Assembly: GCA_964016885.1 (NCBI GenBank)
Contig: CAXHJY010000170.1
Coordinates: 1-24,681 of the forward strand
Length of the DNA stretch: 24,681 nt
From: Eledone cirrhosa
Taxonomy: Eukaryota
Reading direction: 5' to 3'
Made by a program: the position numbers and the translations under genes. The notes below the pieces were generated by a model, which did not search any database, was not told the origin of the DNA, and worked only from the letters and a program-made list of their open reading frames with translations. This document shows, in pieces, positions 1-13,545 of the stretch (positions are counted from its first letter, which is position 1; each line of letters opens with the position of its first letter).

Positions 1-1830
<1,830 letters not shown>

Positions 1831-1869
1831 GATGGCTGCCCCCTCGTTATCGAGTATGGCCATTGCACA

Positions 1870-1921
1870 ATAAAAAAAAAAAAAAAATAAAAATAAAAAA
1901 AAAAAAAAAAAAAAATTAAAA

Positions 1922-1981
<60 letters not shown>

Positions 1982-2019
1982 AAAAAAAAAAATAAATAAA
2001 TAAAAAAAAAAGGGAAAAG

Positions 2020-2058
<39 letters not shown>

Positions 2059-2176
2059 TACATATATATATATACACATACATATACACACACACATACA
2101 TACACATACATACATATATACACACACACATACATACACATACACTCACACATATATACACACATACATTAATAAC

Positions 2177-2213
<37 letters not shown>

Positions 2214-2292
2214 GCAATAATAATAATAACGACAACAACAATAATAATATACATATTCATATATATATACACACACACGCACGCACATAAGC

Positions 2293-2330
<38 letters not shown>
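1870..2330. repeat. Compound simple repeats: poly(A), (AAT)n, (TA)n, (CA)n
   Basis: Read directly; lies between the RTE stop codon and its 3' hairpin. Confidence 0.95.
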
Positions 2331-2338
2331 GATAGCAA

Positions 2339-3396
2339 CTAACAGTGCTGCGATCGAATGTGGCTTTTTAGCCCAGCCAATGATCTAAAATGTCTTGCAC
2401 AGAGTCGGCAACCAAAACATTTACTGGGAATAGTCGGCTGTGGTTGGAGTTCGTGTACTTTTGCATGTCGCTTGAGTCCTCCTGCTGATTTACATTCTCT
2501 ACCACATGTTTGGCAAGCATGATGAGTAGCATCTCCAACAGCAGCCTGGTAGTCAACCACTGGTCTTACTTTATGACTGCGAAGATGACTTTCGAGTCCA
2601 GCTTTGCTTAGGCAGAGTCTCGCACAGACGCCGCATGTCAGAAACATAGGAGGACCCTCGCCGTCTGGAAGTGCAACAGCAATACCCTTCCTCACGTCCC
2701 GCTTTACTTTCTCGTGTTCGATTCGAGATGCCTCAAAGGCAACTTTTCCCTCATATACAGTCTTTCTCCATTTATTACGATCAGCAGCAATATTTTCCCA
2801 TGTATCAGCAGAGATGTTAGCGTCTTTCAGAGAGGCCTTCAAGGAATCCTTATACCTCTTTTTTGGTTTATGTGGCGGTCATTTTCCTTTAACCAACTCT
2901 CCATAGAAGAGTTGTTTTGGTATTCTAGAATCCTTCATCCTGGCAAGGTGACCACTCCAACGGAGTCGCTGCTTAAGCACAAGAGCTTCTATACTGTCAC
3001 ACATAGAGCTTTCCAAAATCTCGACATCACTGATGTGGTCCCTCCAGTGAACGCCATGTATCCGTCTGAGACACATCTGATGGAAACGCTCCAATTGCTT
3101 AAGGTGGCGTCGATATGTGACCCAGGTCTCGCAGGCATAAAGAAGACAAGAGAGTACACATGCCCTGTACACCTTTACCTTTGTCCTCCTGCATATGTCT
3201 CGCCGACCCCAGAGTCGCCTTTCTAGCTTTCCGAAAGCATCACTTGCTTTCCTAATCCTAAGTGAGATTTCACCGTCAAGGTTGCCGTATCGATTGACAG
3301 TGCTTCCCAGGTAGACAAACTGATCAACCACTCCAAGTCGTTTGCCATACACATAGATGTTTGGTTCAGTGTACTGCCTACCAGGTGCAGGTTGGT
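2339..3396 (-). pseudogene. RTE ORF2 C-terminal remnant (post-RT region plus three C2H2 zinc fingers)
   Basis: ORFs 2879..3433 and 2339..2842 share one frame, broken by a single TGA at 2879-2881 (GK*PPHKPKKRYKD, where Arg is expected). Fingers: CGVC..SHLRSH, CQTC..RHAKVH, CRLC..SHIRSQH. Confidence 0.9.
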
Positions 3397-3823
3397 CTCG
3401 AGCGGTGGGGTAATCACAAACCGGTTCACACACGGGCAGGAGTCAAATGGTCAGAGAGGTGCATCAAAGGAGGTAGAAGAATTCACATGCATTAGCAAGC
3501 GAGGTGAGGTTAAAGCAAGCAGATACAGTTGTAGCGCATACAAAATATATATAAAAAGACAGAAGATATATATAAAAAAATAGCTTCAAGAGCCATTAAG
3601 TCACCGCATTGGGACATCACAAGATTGTACACATCAATATGTTCAGCACGTATATGCACGTATACACACCACATGCACATGCAGAGACGGTATACATATA
3701 TATATATATATATTTTTTTATATATACACACAGACACATATAACCACCTACACCCATACACATATAAATGTATACACGGGCACACACGCACACACACACA
3801 GCGTAGGACACCCGGGTCAAAGC

Positions 3824-3859
3824 CGATATTAAATACGATATTAAATACGATATTAAACA
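3824..3859. repeat. 12-bp tandem repeat (CGATATTAAATA) x ~3
   Basis: Copies start at 3824, 3836 and 3848. Confidence 0.9.
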
Positions 3860-4583
3860 CCGAAATACCACATTAGACCAGACCCACCACCACAGGTAAT
3901 ATATTCAAAACAAATACATACGATGAGATGTATTAAAATAAAGTTGAAATCCTACGGAGATATTCATGTCTGCACGTGCCATTGACCGATTCGAGTGTGC
4001 ACAGACCGTTAGTAACTACGGAGGGCCATCGGGGCCAAAACGTTACTTTCGGGATCATAAAAACGACCGTCAATATAAGGAAGGCCGATCGTGCTAGAAA
4101 GACTACAACCCCGGGTAAGAGCTCCCAGAGGTCAGCCTGTAGATCTTGAACCACAGAATATGAGGGCAACACATATATGCGCCACGTATCCACTGCTTAC
4201 GGCAGGATGGCACGGGTCCGCCACAGTTACAGGCTAAATTTCTACTAGTGCAGCCTAAATCACAGTACACGCTTTACATAAATACATTACATCACAACTC
4301 ATGCGCATACAGAGGTACAGATCAACAAGATATACGTCAGGATAGGTCCACCAATGCACTAATGGTGGGTAGGCCAGCGTGGATGGGTTACATCCACTGT
4401 ACCAAACAGGGATGCTTATTAACATACACTCCCCTGCACACCACAATATCAAGATCAATATCCTCCCACAGGCATACGTATACATTCACAGACTCGTATA
4501 CATAGACGACCAACATTAGGAGACAGTTACACTCAGTCAGAGACAGTTACACAAGACAGCCCAACTGGAGGAATAAGGACGTG

Positions 4584-7073
4584 CTACCTAACAGGTTTAA
4601 AGTAGAAGAAAGAGCTTAATATTCGGTGGGGGCAAGAGGAAAAAATTTCAGACTTTCTATTTAGTAGAGGGCATTTAGCAAATATAATAGAGTGGGATTC
4701 GGCAAGGCACAGGTTGCATACTCTACTATGAGGAGTATATGGATGGGATTTAGCAACCTGCCGCCAAGTAAGTGTGTAAGGTGTTCGTGCATTTTTTAAA
4801 TTATGGACGTACGCTGCCAAGGAGGTGGAGTTCTTCAGTTTATTATGTCTAAAAGTGCATTGATGAGAGTTAAACCTGGTCTTAAAGGGGGTGGAAGTTG
4901 ATCCTATATAGGTCATAGTGGACGCCGTAGTTACCACATCACACGCATAAACTATGTTTCTAACAAGGCAGAAACCATTCAGGGGGCAGCCCGAAGCCCT
5001 TCTACAGTTACAACCTCTGGTGATGCTATTCTCAGAAAGATCACCACCAGTGTTACTGCCCACTCTATCCACTACCGTGTTTTCCCCTAGGCTTAGGTTG
5101 TCCAGGCCTTCCTTTATTTTCTTATTATTAGTAATGGCCAGATGAGAGGCCAGATTTTGGGTTGTAGAATATGAAAGTTTAACAACATTCTTATTGAGGA
5201 TAGAGTGGTACCTATTACCAGGAGGGAAGTTCCGTTCTAGCACAGAGAAGAAGGCCCTAGGAATATTTGTAGCCACTTCAGAATTAAAAGGGGGGTTGAA
5301 GTATGTATTCAATCTTCTTCTATTCTTTTTATTCTTTCTATTTCCATCAGTATTATTAGCATTATTATTTCTACGGTTCCTATGCTCACCTAGTCCATGC
5401 GGGGAGCTGCGAGGCCCACCATTGCTATTACTTAGACTAATGGTGCCCTGCTGGTTCATTCCACCGGCATCTAGAAACCTCCCGTTCACGACACCTCTAT
5501 TGTTATTACTTAGACTAATGGTGCCCTGCTGTTTCATTCCACCGGCATTTAGAACCCTCCCATTCGCGACACCTCGATTACCAATGGACATATTATGTGT
5601 TATAACAACACTGGTAGAGCTACTATTAGGACCATTATTTCCCTGGGTGTAATACAATTTGTCCCTAAAGCCGGATCTAGCTAAGGCGTCGTTATAGTAA
5701 TCAGCCTGCGAGTCAAACGCCTCCTCACTATGTGAGAGTGAACTTATTCTATTAGATACGCCTTTCAGTATACCGCTGATGACAGACCTAGGGTGGTTGG
5801 AGTAGGTATTCACGTAAGTCAGCAATTCATTGGGCTTATGGTACGGTGTGTACGTATGGTTATCCAAGTCCAGTGTAACATCTAGGAAGTTCACAGTTCT
5901 ATCATTTACATCCATTGTAATGGATAGGTTAAAAGTTTTAAAAAAGCTATGCAGCTTTTTCCTAATGCGCTCTATATTATACTTACTAGTATCTATGGAG
6001 AGTAGGGCGTCATCTCGGTACAACCCACCCCTAAGGAAAGGGAAGTTACTATGCAGTTCATTGAGGAGGTATAGTCCAACTAAGTCGGTGACTTGAGCAG
6101 AGTCACTCGACCCCATAGTGATGTCAAAATTATCAGGTGTGTTTTTTCTCGTCCATAGATTATCCTCAAACATGATAATGGTTTTACGTGCAGCGAGAAC
6201 AATATCTATCTGTGGCCTAGTAATTGCCCCCCTCCGCATGGCTAGGATGAGGGCCTTATTGAGGATAATAGGAGATATAGATGTATAATAAGCATCAATA
6301 TCAAATTGGATGAATTTTAGTGAGTCACGACCACAATCAGTAGAGAACCATGTAATGACCTCACTAGTGTTACCCCAAAGCTCAAGGAAAGTTTTTTCTC
6401 TAACCAGGGGAATAACGCTATCCAAGATTCCCTTACTAATAATCCCCAGGTCAGACTTGGAGGGGCAGATAAGCCTAACCGAGGGTCTGCTAATAAAATC
6501 TTCCTTGTGGTCCTTGAGGGTGAATCTAGGCTGCCTGGGGTAATAAGGCTGAGTGTGTTTATCCAGACCTAATTTTACCACTATGTTATACCCCTCCAGA
6601 TTAATATTATCTAAATTACTCTGCGTTGTTTTTTTGTAGTTCCTATGTAGTTCATTATAAATGAAGCCTCGATAGGTTTTATAATCCATACTATATAAGT
6701 TTTTAGTTTTGTCAGAGGGGACCAGAATGGATTTATTATCCCTAAAGTCCCTAACGATTGAACTTAGTTTACTCTGAAATTTATTGGTACATCTAGATTT
6801 TTTATATCTAATATTCCTAACAAGGGATAATAGCTCACTTTCGAAGTTATCCAACAGGCTATTATGCGGGGGGCTCCTATAGGTCTTTAATCCATAATTA
6901 TTAAAACTACGCCTCTCCTCAGGGCTATCATACCTCCTATCAAAGTGGAACGCACGCCACCGAACACGTTTTACGAATGAGTTTATGCTAGTTATCAATG
7001 ATTTCTCATACGAGATTTTAGGGGGGGTGGGAATATTCTTCAAGGAAATGGGTAAGTATGTCTTTGTTAGCAT
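4584..7073 (-). CDS. PLE polyprotein: reverse transcriptase plus GIY-YIG endonuclease (829 aa from the first ATG; open frame extends to 7130)
   Basis: VPSDKT (variant of the PLE DKG motif), TLKDHK..RLICPSKS, motif A FIQFDIDAYYTSI, motif B TMGS, catalytic GLYRDD (YRDD at 6009-6020), VNFLDVTLDL, YVNTYSNHP. Linker CNCRRASGC (CxCx5C). Endonuclease IVY..YIGST..FKTRFNSH..CNLCLAE..LLN..CPH. No stops or frameshifts. Confidence 0.95.
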   Translation of the reverse strand: MLTKTYLPISLKNIPTPPKISYEKSLITSINSFVKRVRWRAFHFDRRYDSPEERRSFNNYGLKTYRSPPHNSLLDNFESELLSLVRNIRYKKSRCTNKFQSKLSSIVRDFRDNKSILVPSDKTKNLYSMDYKTYRGFIYNELHRNYKKTTQSNLDNINLEGYNIVVKLGLDKHTQPYYPRQPRFTLKDHKEDFISRPSVRLICPSKSDLGIISKGILDSVIPLVREKTFLELWGNTSEVITWFSTDCGRDSLKFIQFDIDAYYTSISPIILNKALILAMRRGAITRPQIDIVLAARKTIIMFEDNLWTRKNTPDNFDITMGSSDSAQVTDLVGLYLLNELHSNFPFLRGGLYRDDALLSIDTSKYNIERIRKKLHSFFKTFNLSITMDVNDRTVNFLDVTLDLDNHTYTPYHKPNELLTYVNTYSNHPRSVISGILKGVSNRISSLSHSEEAFDSQADYYNDALARSGFRDKLYYTQGNNGPNSSSTSVVITHNMSIGNRGVANGRVLNAGGMKQQGTISLSNNNRGVVNGRFLDAGGMNQQGTISLSNSNGGPRSSPHGLGEHRNRRNNNANNTDGNRKNKKNRRRLNTYFNPPFNSEVATNIPRAFFSVLERNFPPGNRYHSILNKNVVKLSYSTTQNLASHLAITNNKKIKEGLDNLSLGENTVVDRVGSNTGGDLSENSITRGCNCRRASGCPLNGFCLVRNIVYACDVVTTASTMTYIGSTSTPFKTRFNSHQCTFRHNKLKNSTSLAAYVHNLKNARTPYTLTWRQVAKSHPYTPHSRVCNLCLAESHSIIFAKCPLLNRKSEIFSSCPHRILSSFFYFKPVR
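5421..5580 (-). repeat. In-frame 78-bp (26-aa) tandem duplication inside the PLE ORF
   Basis: NRGVANGRVLNAGGMKQQGTISLSNN / NRGVVNGRFLDAGGMNQQGTISLSNS; the DNA copies start at 5421 and 5499. Confidence 0.95.
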
Positions 7074-7238
7074 ACTGCCTGATAATATACAAGGACATTT
7101 AGTGCCTTCGTGGGCCCCTGATATATTCAAGAGATATATTCTAAAAAAATATATATCTTATCTCAATTTACTTTATTTCATTTTATTTTATTTCATTTCA
7201 TGTTATCTAATTTTATTTATTTACTTACTTGACTCCAT

Positions 7239-7277
<39 letters not shown>

Positions 7278-7346
7278 TATTTAAATTTAGATTTTAATTT
7301 AAAAATTTAAAAATTTAAATTTTAATTTTATTTATTTATTTAATTT

Positions 7347-7378
<32 letters not shown>

Positions 7379-7637
7379 TTACATTTAATTACATTTAATT
7401 ATACATATAATTATAATTATACATTTGATTTTAATTTTAATTTAGTCTATGTTATTTGATTTTAGTTTACCTTATTTTATCTTATTTTACGATTATACTA
7501 TATTATGTTCTATGTATATAATTTTTAATTTTTAATTTTATATTATTTTATCTCATTCCTTACCCTATATTTTATATTTTATATGTAAGTTTGTTATGTA
7601 TTTCTTTGTATTTCTTTTTATATATATTATAAGTCTG

Positions 7638-7755
7638 TTTTTTACCTATTTTTTACCTATTTTTTACCTACTCTTACCTAATCCCATTATCTTATCTACT
7701 CTTGTCTGTTCTCTTATCCATGTGTCTACTCTTGTCTGTTCTCTTATCCATGTGT
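7638..7755. repeat. Short tandem repeats: 11-bp TTTTTTACCTA x3 and 30-bp TCTACTCTTGTCTGTTCTCTTATCCATGTG x2
   Basis: 11-mer at 7638-7670; 30-mer copies at 7695 and 7725. Confidence 0.9.
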
Positions 7756-7940
7756 ATGCTTGTATGTAACTATATGTTGACAGCACACCGCCCAACTGTG
7801 ACTGATAGCACCCCATATTTTTATTTTTATTTTTATTTTTACTTTTATTTTTATTTTTATTCTTATCCTCTATCGTCTATTATTACCTTTCATTCTTCAA
7901 TGTCTTGGATTTGTTATTGCTTGTATGGTATGTAATTAAC

Positions 7941-7998
7941 CTTTATGCTCTGATGAGTCCCACTTATAGTGCGGATGAAACAATGTTAGCAAGTAAAG
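7941..7998 (+). ncRNA. Type I hammerhead ribozyme (PLE-type, short stem III)
   Basis: Stem I CTTTA-TGCT / AGCA-ag-TAAAG; core CTGATGA (7950-7956); stem II GTCC-CAC ttata GTG-c-GGAT; GAAA (7977-7980); stem III AC-aat-GT; cleavage triplet GUU, predicted cut after 7987. Confidence 0.88.
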
Positions 7999-8132
7999 AT
8001 ATGCATATGCTATAAGCGCTCTTTGTTATTTATTTATTATATTACGGCTCTGTCCTCAGACATTGAGCTAACCTCATACTGCCTGCTGGATAAGTGGAGT
8101 GTTATACACCCCTGATCCTTTCCCTAGCATAC

Positions 8133-10414
<2,282 letters not shown>

Positions 10415-11336
10415 TAACTTTGAATAACTTTGAAATGTTTTGGCCAGTATTGGCCCAGGCCATGTCTAACTTAATAGCACCACCTGGCGAAGTCTTTCAA
10501 TTCAGGATTTGGGCACCATGGCCCATTCGAGAAGAGAATTACTGTTTGCGGAGACATATCCGGGTGTGGGTGGTTTGTCCGGGATTACTTGGAGGAATTT
10601 GTCCAAAGACTTCTTGAATTTTGTGTGGTCAGTTTCTGTTTTGACGTGTCCTGGTGTGATGTTGAAGAGAGCAGGGCCGATTGAGGTGAAATAATTGTGC
10701 CGTATTGTTGTTATGAGTTGCGATTTAGATTTTTGAATGGGACGGATAGCACGGGGCCCAAGCCTTGGGTGTATCTTGAAGGCGATGCCAACATCATTTG
10801 GGCAGTGATGATGGAACATTTTCCACATCATGCAGATAATATAACGCTCACGGCGACGTTGGAGTGAGTAAAGTTTCAGGTTTTCCAATCGACCCCAGTA
10901 GTCAAGGTCTGACATGCCATCTATCTTTTTCGTGATTGCCCTTTGAGGAGCTTCAAGTTTCATGATACTTTGTTTCGTGTGGGGAGACCACAGTGGACAA
11001 CAGTATTCAAGGTGTGGTCGGGCGAAAGTAGAGAAGAGAAGGATAATGGTGCGGGAATCTCTCGACTGGAAGGTTCTGAGGATCCAGGAACACATTCTGC
11101 GGGCCATGTCAACTTTGCTGCTTATATGCGTGGTCCAGCTTATGTTGCTGTCCACGGTTACTCCCAAGTCTCTGATGTTGTTAGATGCCACGAGAGTTTC
11201 CCCGGAGGGAAGGGAGTACGGGAGTTTCAGAGCATCCTCTTTTCCAAAGTGGATCAGTTCGAATTTGTCTTCGTTCAGTAACATGTTGTTCTTTTCTGCC
11301 CATTGGGTAACAGCCAGTAGGTCTGACTGAAGGCTT
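10415..11336 (-). mobile_element. 5'-truncated CR1-group (jockey superfamily) LINE, copy A, with complete 3' end
   Basis: Uninterrupted RT C-terminal frame 11336->10502: [66 protein letters not shown] short 3' UTR ends in (TTCAAAGTTA)x2 at 10415-10434. Confidence 0.9.
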
Positions 11337-11398
11337 ATACATATATATATACATATACATATATACATATATATACATATACATACACATATACATAT
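11337..11398. repeat. Short TA/CA microsatellite between two LINEs
   Basis: Read directly. Confidence 0.95.
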
Positions 11399-12690
11399 TC
11401 TCTTTTACCTGTTTCAGCCATCCGGCTGAGGCCATGCTGGGGCACCGCCCTTGTTGCTACACATTTTATCTCCAGCCTGTATAGGTTGGCCACTGGTGTA
11501 GGAGGGAGTTTGTTGCTGCTGCCCTTAGGTTTCCCTCGTGTCTTGCTGTGGGCTCATCCGGGATCCTGGATAAGAAGGTGTCGAGATGTTTCTTAAAGAC
11601 ATCCACCTCCACGTCATGCAATCTCGCAGATGCCTCGGCAGCCTGTTGAAGAGTTGAGGGCCCTTGAATCCCAGGCTATTGCAATACCTGCTCCTTATTC
11701 TAGATGTGGAAGACGGGACCTTTGGCACCACACAGTGACGTCCTGTTCGACGGTTGGTCCAGCTCCCAATGCCAAAGTTTGGTGCTAGTCCCTCCAGGAT
11801 TTTCCACATGTAGATCACTGCGTATCTCTCCCGTCTTCGCTCCAATGTGTAGAGGTTCAGTTCCTTCAGCCTCTCCCAGTAGCTTGTCTCCCTCATCTTG
11901 GCAATCCTCTTGGTGTAGCTTCGCTGGATTGCCTCAAGCTCTGTGGTTAGTTTGACACTATGGGGTGACCACAGCTGGGAGCAGTAGTCCAGGCGGCTTA
12001 GGACAAAAGTCCTCCACATTGTCAACATGGTGTCTCGATCTCTTGTAAGGAAAGTCCTCAAGATCCAGCCAGCGAATCGTCTACATGCTGTCGCCACCTT
12101 CAAGATGTGTGAAGAAAAAGATGCATCATCGCTCATGTCTATGCCCAGGTCTCATATCGATTTTGATACGGGGATATCGGTCCCTCCTGGTCCTGTGTAG
12201 CTGTGTTCCGCTATATTTGTGTTTGTGTTTGCAGGTTTGTATTGTAGGGCTTGGAATTTGCCAGCATTAAACTGCATGTTGTTTTCTTCCGCCCATCTGT
12301 ATATGGCATCCAGATCCTGCTGTAAGAGGGCAGCGTCAGCCGGGTTTTTGATTGCCTGTGCTACCTTAGTGTCATCAGCATAGCTAGTGAGGGATGTTGT
12401 TGCATGCACCACAGAGGGCATGTCCGAGAGAGCCACCAAAAACAGTAGTGGTCCCAGGACTGTCCCCTGAGGCACCCCACTTGTTATCGGTGTTTCCCTC
12501 GAGAGGGCCCCATTTGCTGCGACTGCCTGGCTTCTGTCCCTTAGGAAGCCATGCAGCCACTCACTACTTTTCCAGTTATGCCGAGTCCGCGTAGTTTGTG
12601 ACATATCATTCCGTGGTCGACCTTGTCAAAGGCCTTCGCAAAGTCAAGATATATCACGTCTACATGTGAGCTGTCTAGTAGTTGTCTCAT
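11399..12690 (-). mobile_element. 5'-truncated, frameshifted CR1-group LINE, copy B (different family from A)
   Basis: VDVIYLDFAKAFDKVDHG (~12610-12665), SGVPQGTVLGPLLF, SYADDTK, LQQDLD, SRLDYCSQLWSPH, YTLERRRERY, and FKKHLDTFLSRIPDEP in a shifted frame. Frameshifts near 12565, 12150 and 11620; true stop at 11466-11468; 3' tail ends ...GAAACAGGTAAAAGAG. Confidence 0.92.
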
Positions 12691-13545
12691 GTGTTCTTAT
12701 ATTTAATATAGAAGTTTATCTAGTGTAACGTTTATTCGAAATATTTGGAGCATCAACTTTTAAGGTAGTTTAATTTTTCATGAAGAATGTTTAAATAAAA
12801 ATAAAAAGAAAAAGAAGAATAAAAAGAAGAAATCGAAAGATTTATCGGCTAGTTTCCCAAATAATTATAAATCAAACTAAATATACTACATTTTAAATTT
12901 AAATTTATATTTAAAAGTTGAGTTTAATCTATGTTTGCAGCAACTGAATAAATTTGTCCGTAGATTAAGGGAATTTTTAGATTTTAGTATAAAGAATATC
13001 TCCTCTGCGCAGAGGTCACATGTCTCAGAGGATGAATTAAAAGGAATCCCTCTTGAGACTATATTCCAAGCCGTCGAATATCTAACGTTATCTAGCTTAA
13101 GTTGCCAGAGTACGCCTGATAGTGCTGTTGAAGATTTTTTGCTTGGATCTGTGAAAGAATTCTTGTGGTTATTATAGCGAAGTTTAAATGCCTTTAATTC
13201 ATCCTCTGAGACATGTGACCTCTGCGCAGAGGAGATATTCTTTATACTAAAATCTAAAAATTCCCTTAATCTACGGACAAATTTATTCAGTTGCTGCAAA
13301 CATAGATTAAACTCAACTTTTAAATATAAATTTAAATTTAAAATGTAGTATATTTAGTTTGATTTATAATTATTTGGGAAACTAGCCGATAAATCTTTCG
13401 ATTTCTTCTTTTTATTCTTCTTTTTATTTTTATTTTATTTAAACATTCTTCATGAAAAATTAAACTACCTTAAAAGTTGATGCTCCAAATATTTCGAATA
13501 AACGTTACACTAGATAAACTTCTATATTAAATATAAGAACACATG
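12688..13545. repeat. Near-perfect inverted repeat, arms 12688-13041 and 13193-13545, 151-bp spacer
   Basis: The arms are reverse complements apart from small differences in an A/T-run block (~12793-12815 vs ~13420-13440). Confidence 0.97.

Larger units (their letters stand above)
1831..3396 (-). mobile_element. 5'-truncated RTE-clade (BovB-like) LINE including its 3' tail
   Basis: ORF2 C-terminal motifs QPAPG, FVYLGS, KASDAFGKL, TKVKVYRACVLSCLLYACETW, LERFHQMCLRRI, RLRWSGHLARM..RIPKQLFYGEL. An RTE-like 3' hairpin (ATGGC..CTCG ATAA CGAG..GCCAT on the minus strand) lies at 1832-1863. The 5' boundary is approximate, placed where homology ends just before QPAPG. Confidence 0.9.
3397..8132 (-). 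mobile_element. Penelope-like retroelement (C-terminal endonuclease, Hydra-clade-like); boundaries approximate
   Basis: Intact RT + GIY-YIG ORF, a hammerhead near the right end, and an abrupt junction with (TA)n at ~8133. The left boundary is inferred from the RTE junction. Assigning 3397-4583 and 7131-8132 to this element is inference. Confidence 0.7.

Noticed and set aside
2879-2881. In-frame TGA in the RTE ORF as possible selenocysteine or readthrough
   Set aside because: It falls where Arg is expected; CGA>TGA CpG decay is the simpler explanation.
4954-7284. Plus-strand ORFs overlapping the PLE ORF (and similar ones over the LINEs)
   Set aside because: Antisense shadows of real coding frames with no independent motifs.
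8053-8059. Minus-strand CTGAGGA (also + strand CTGATGA near 5776)
   Set aside because: No downstream stem II followed by GAAA.
12886-13299. ORFs of 137 aa (-) and 80 aa (+) with identical N-termini
   Set aside because: The shared N-terminus is an antisense reading of the inverted-repeat arms; only 13188->12886 is genuine PLE coding sequence.
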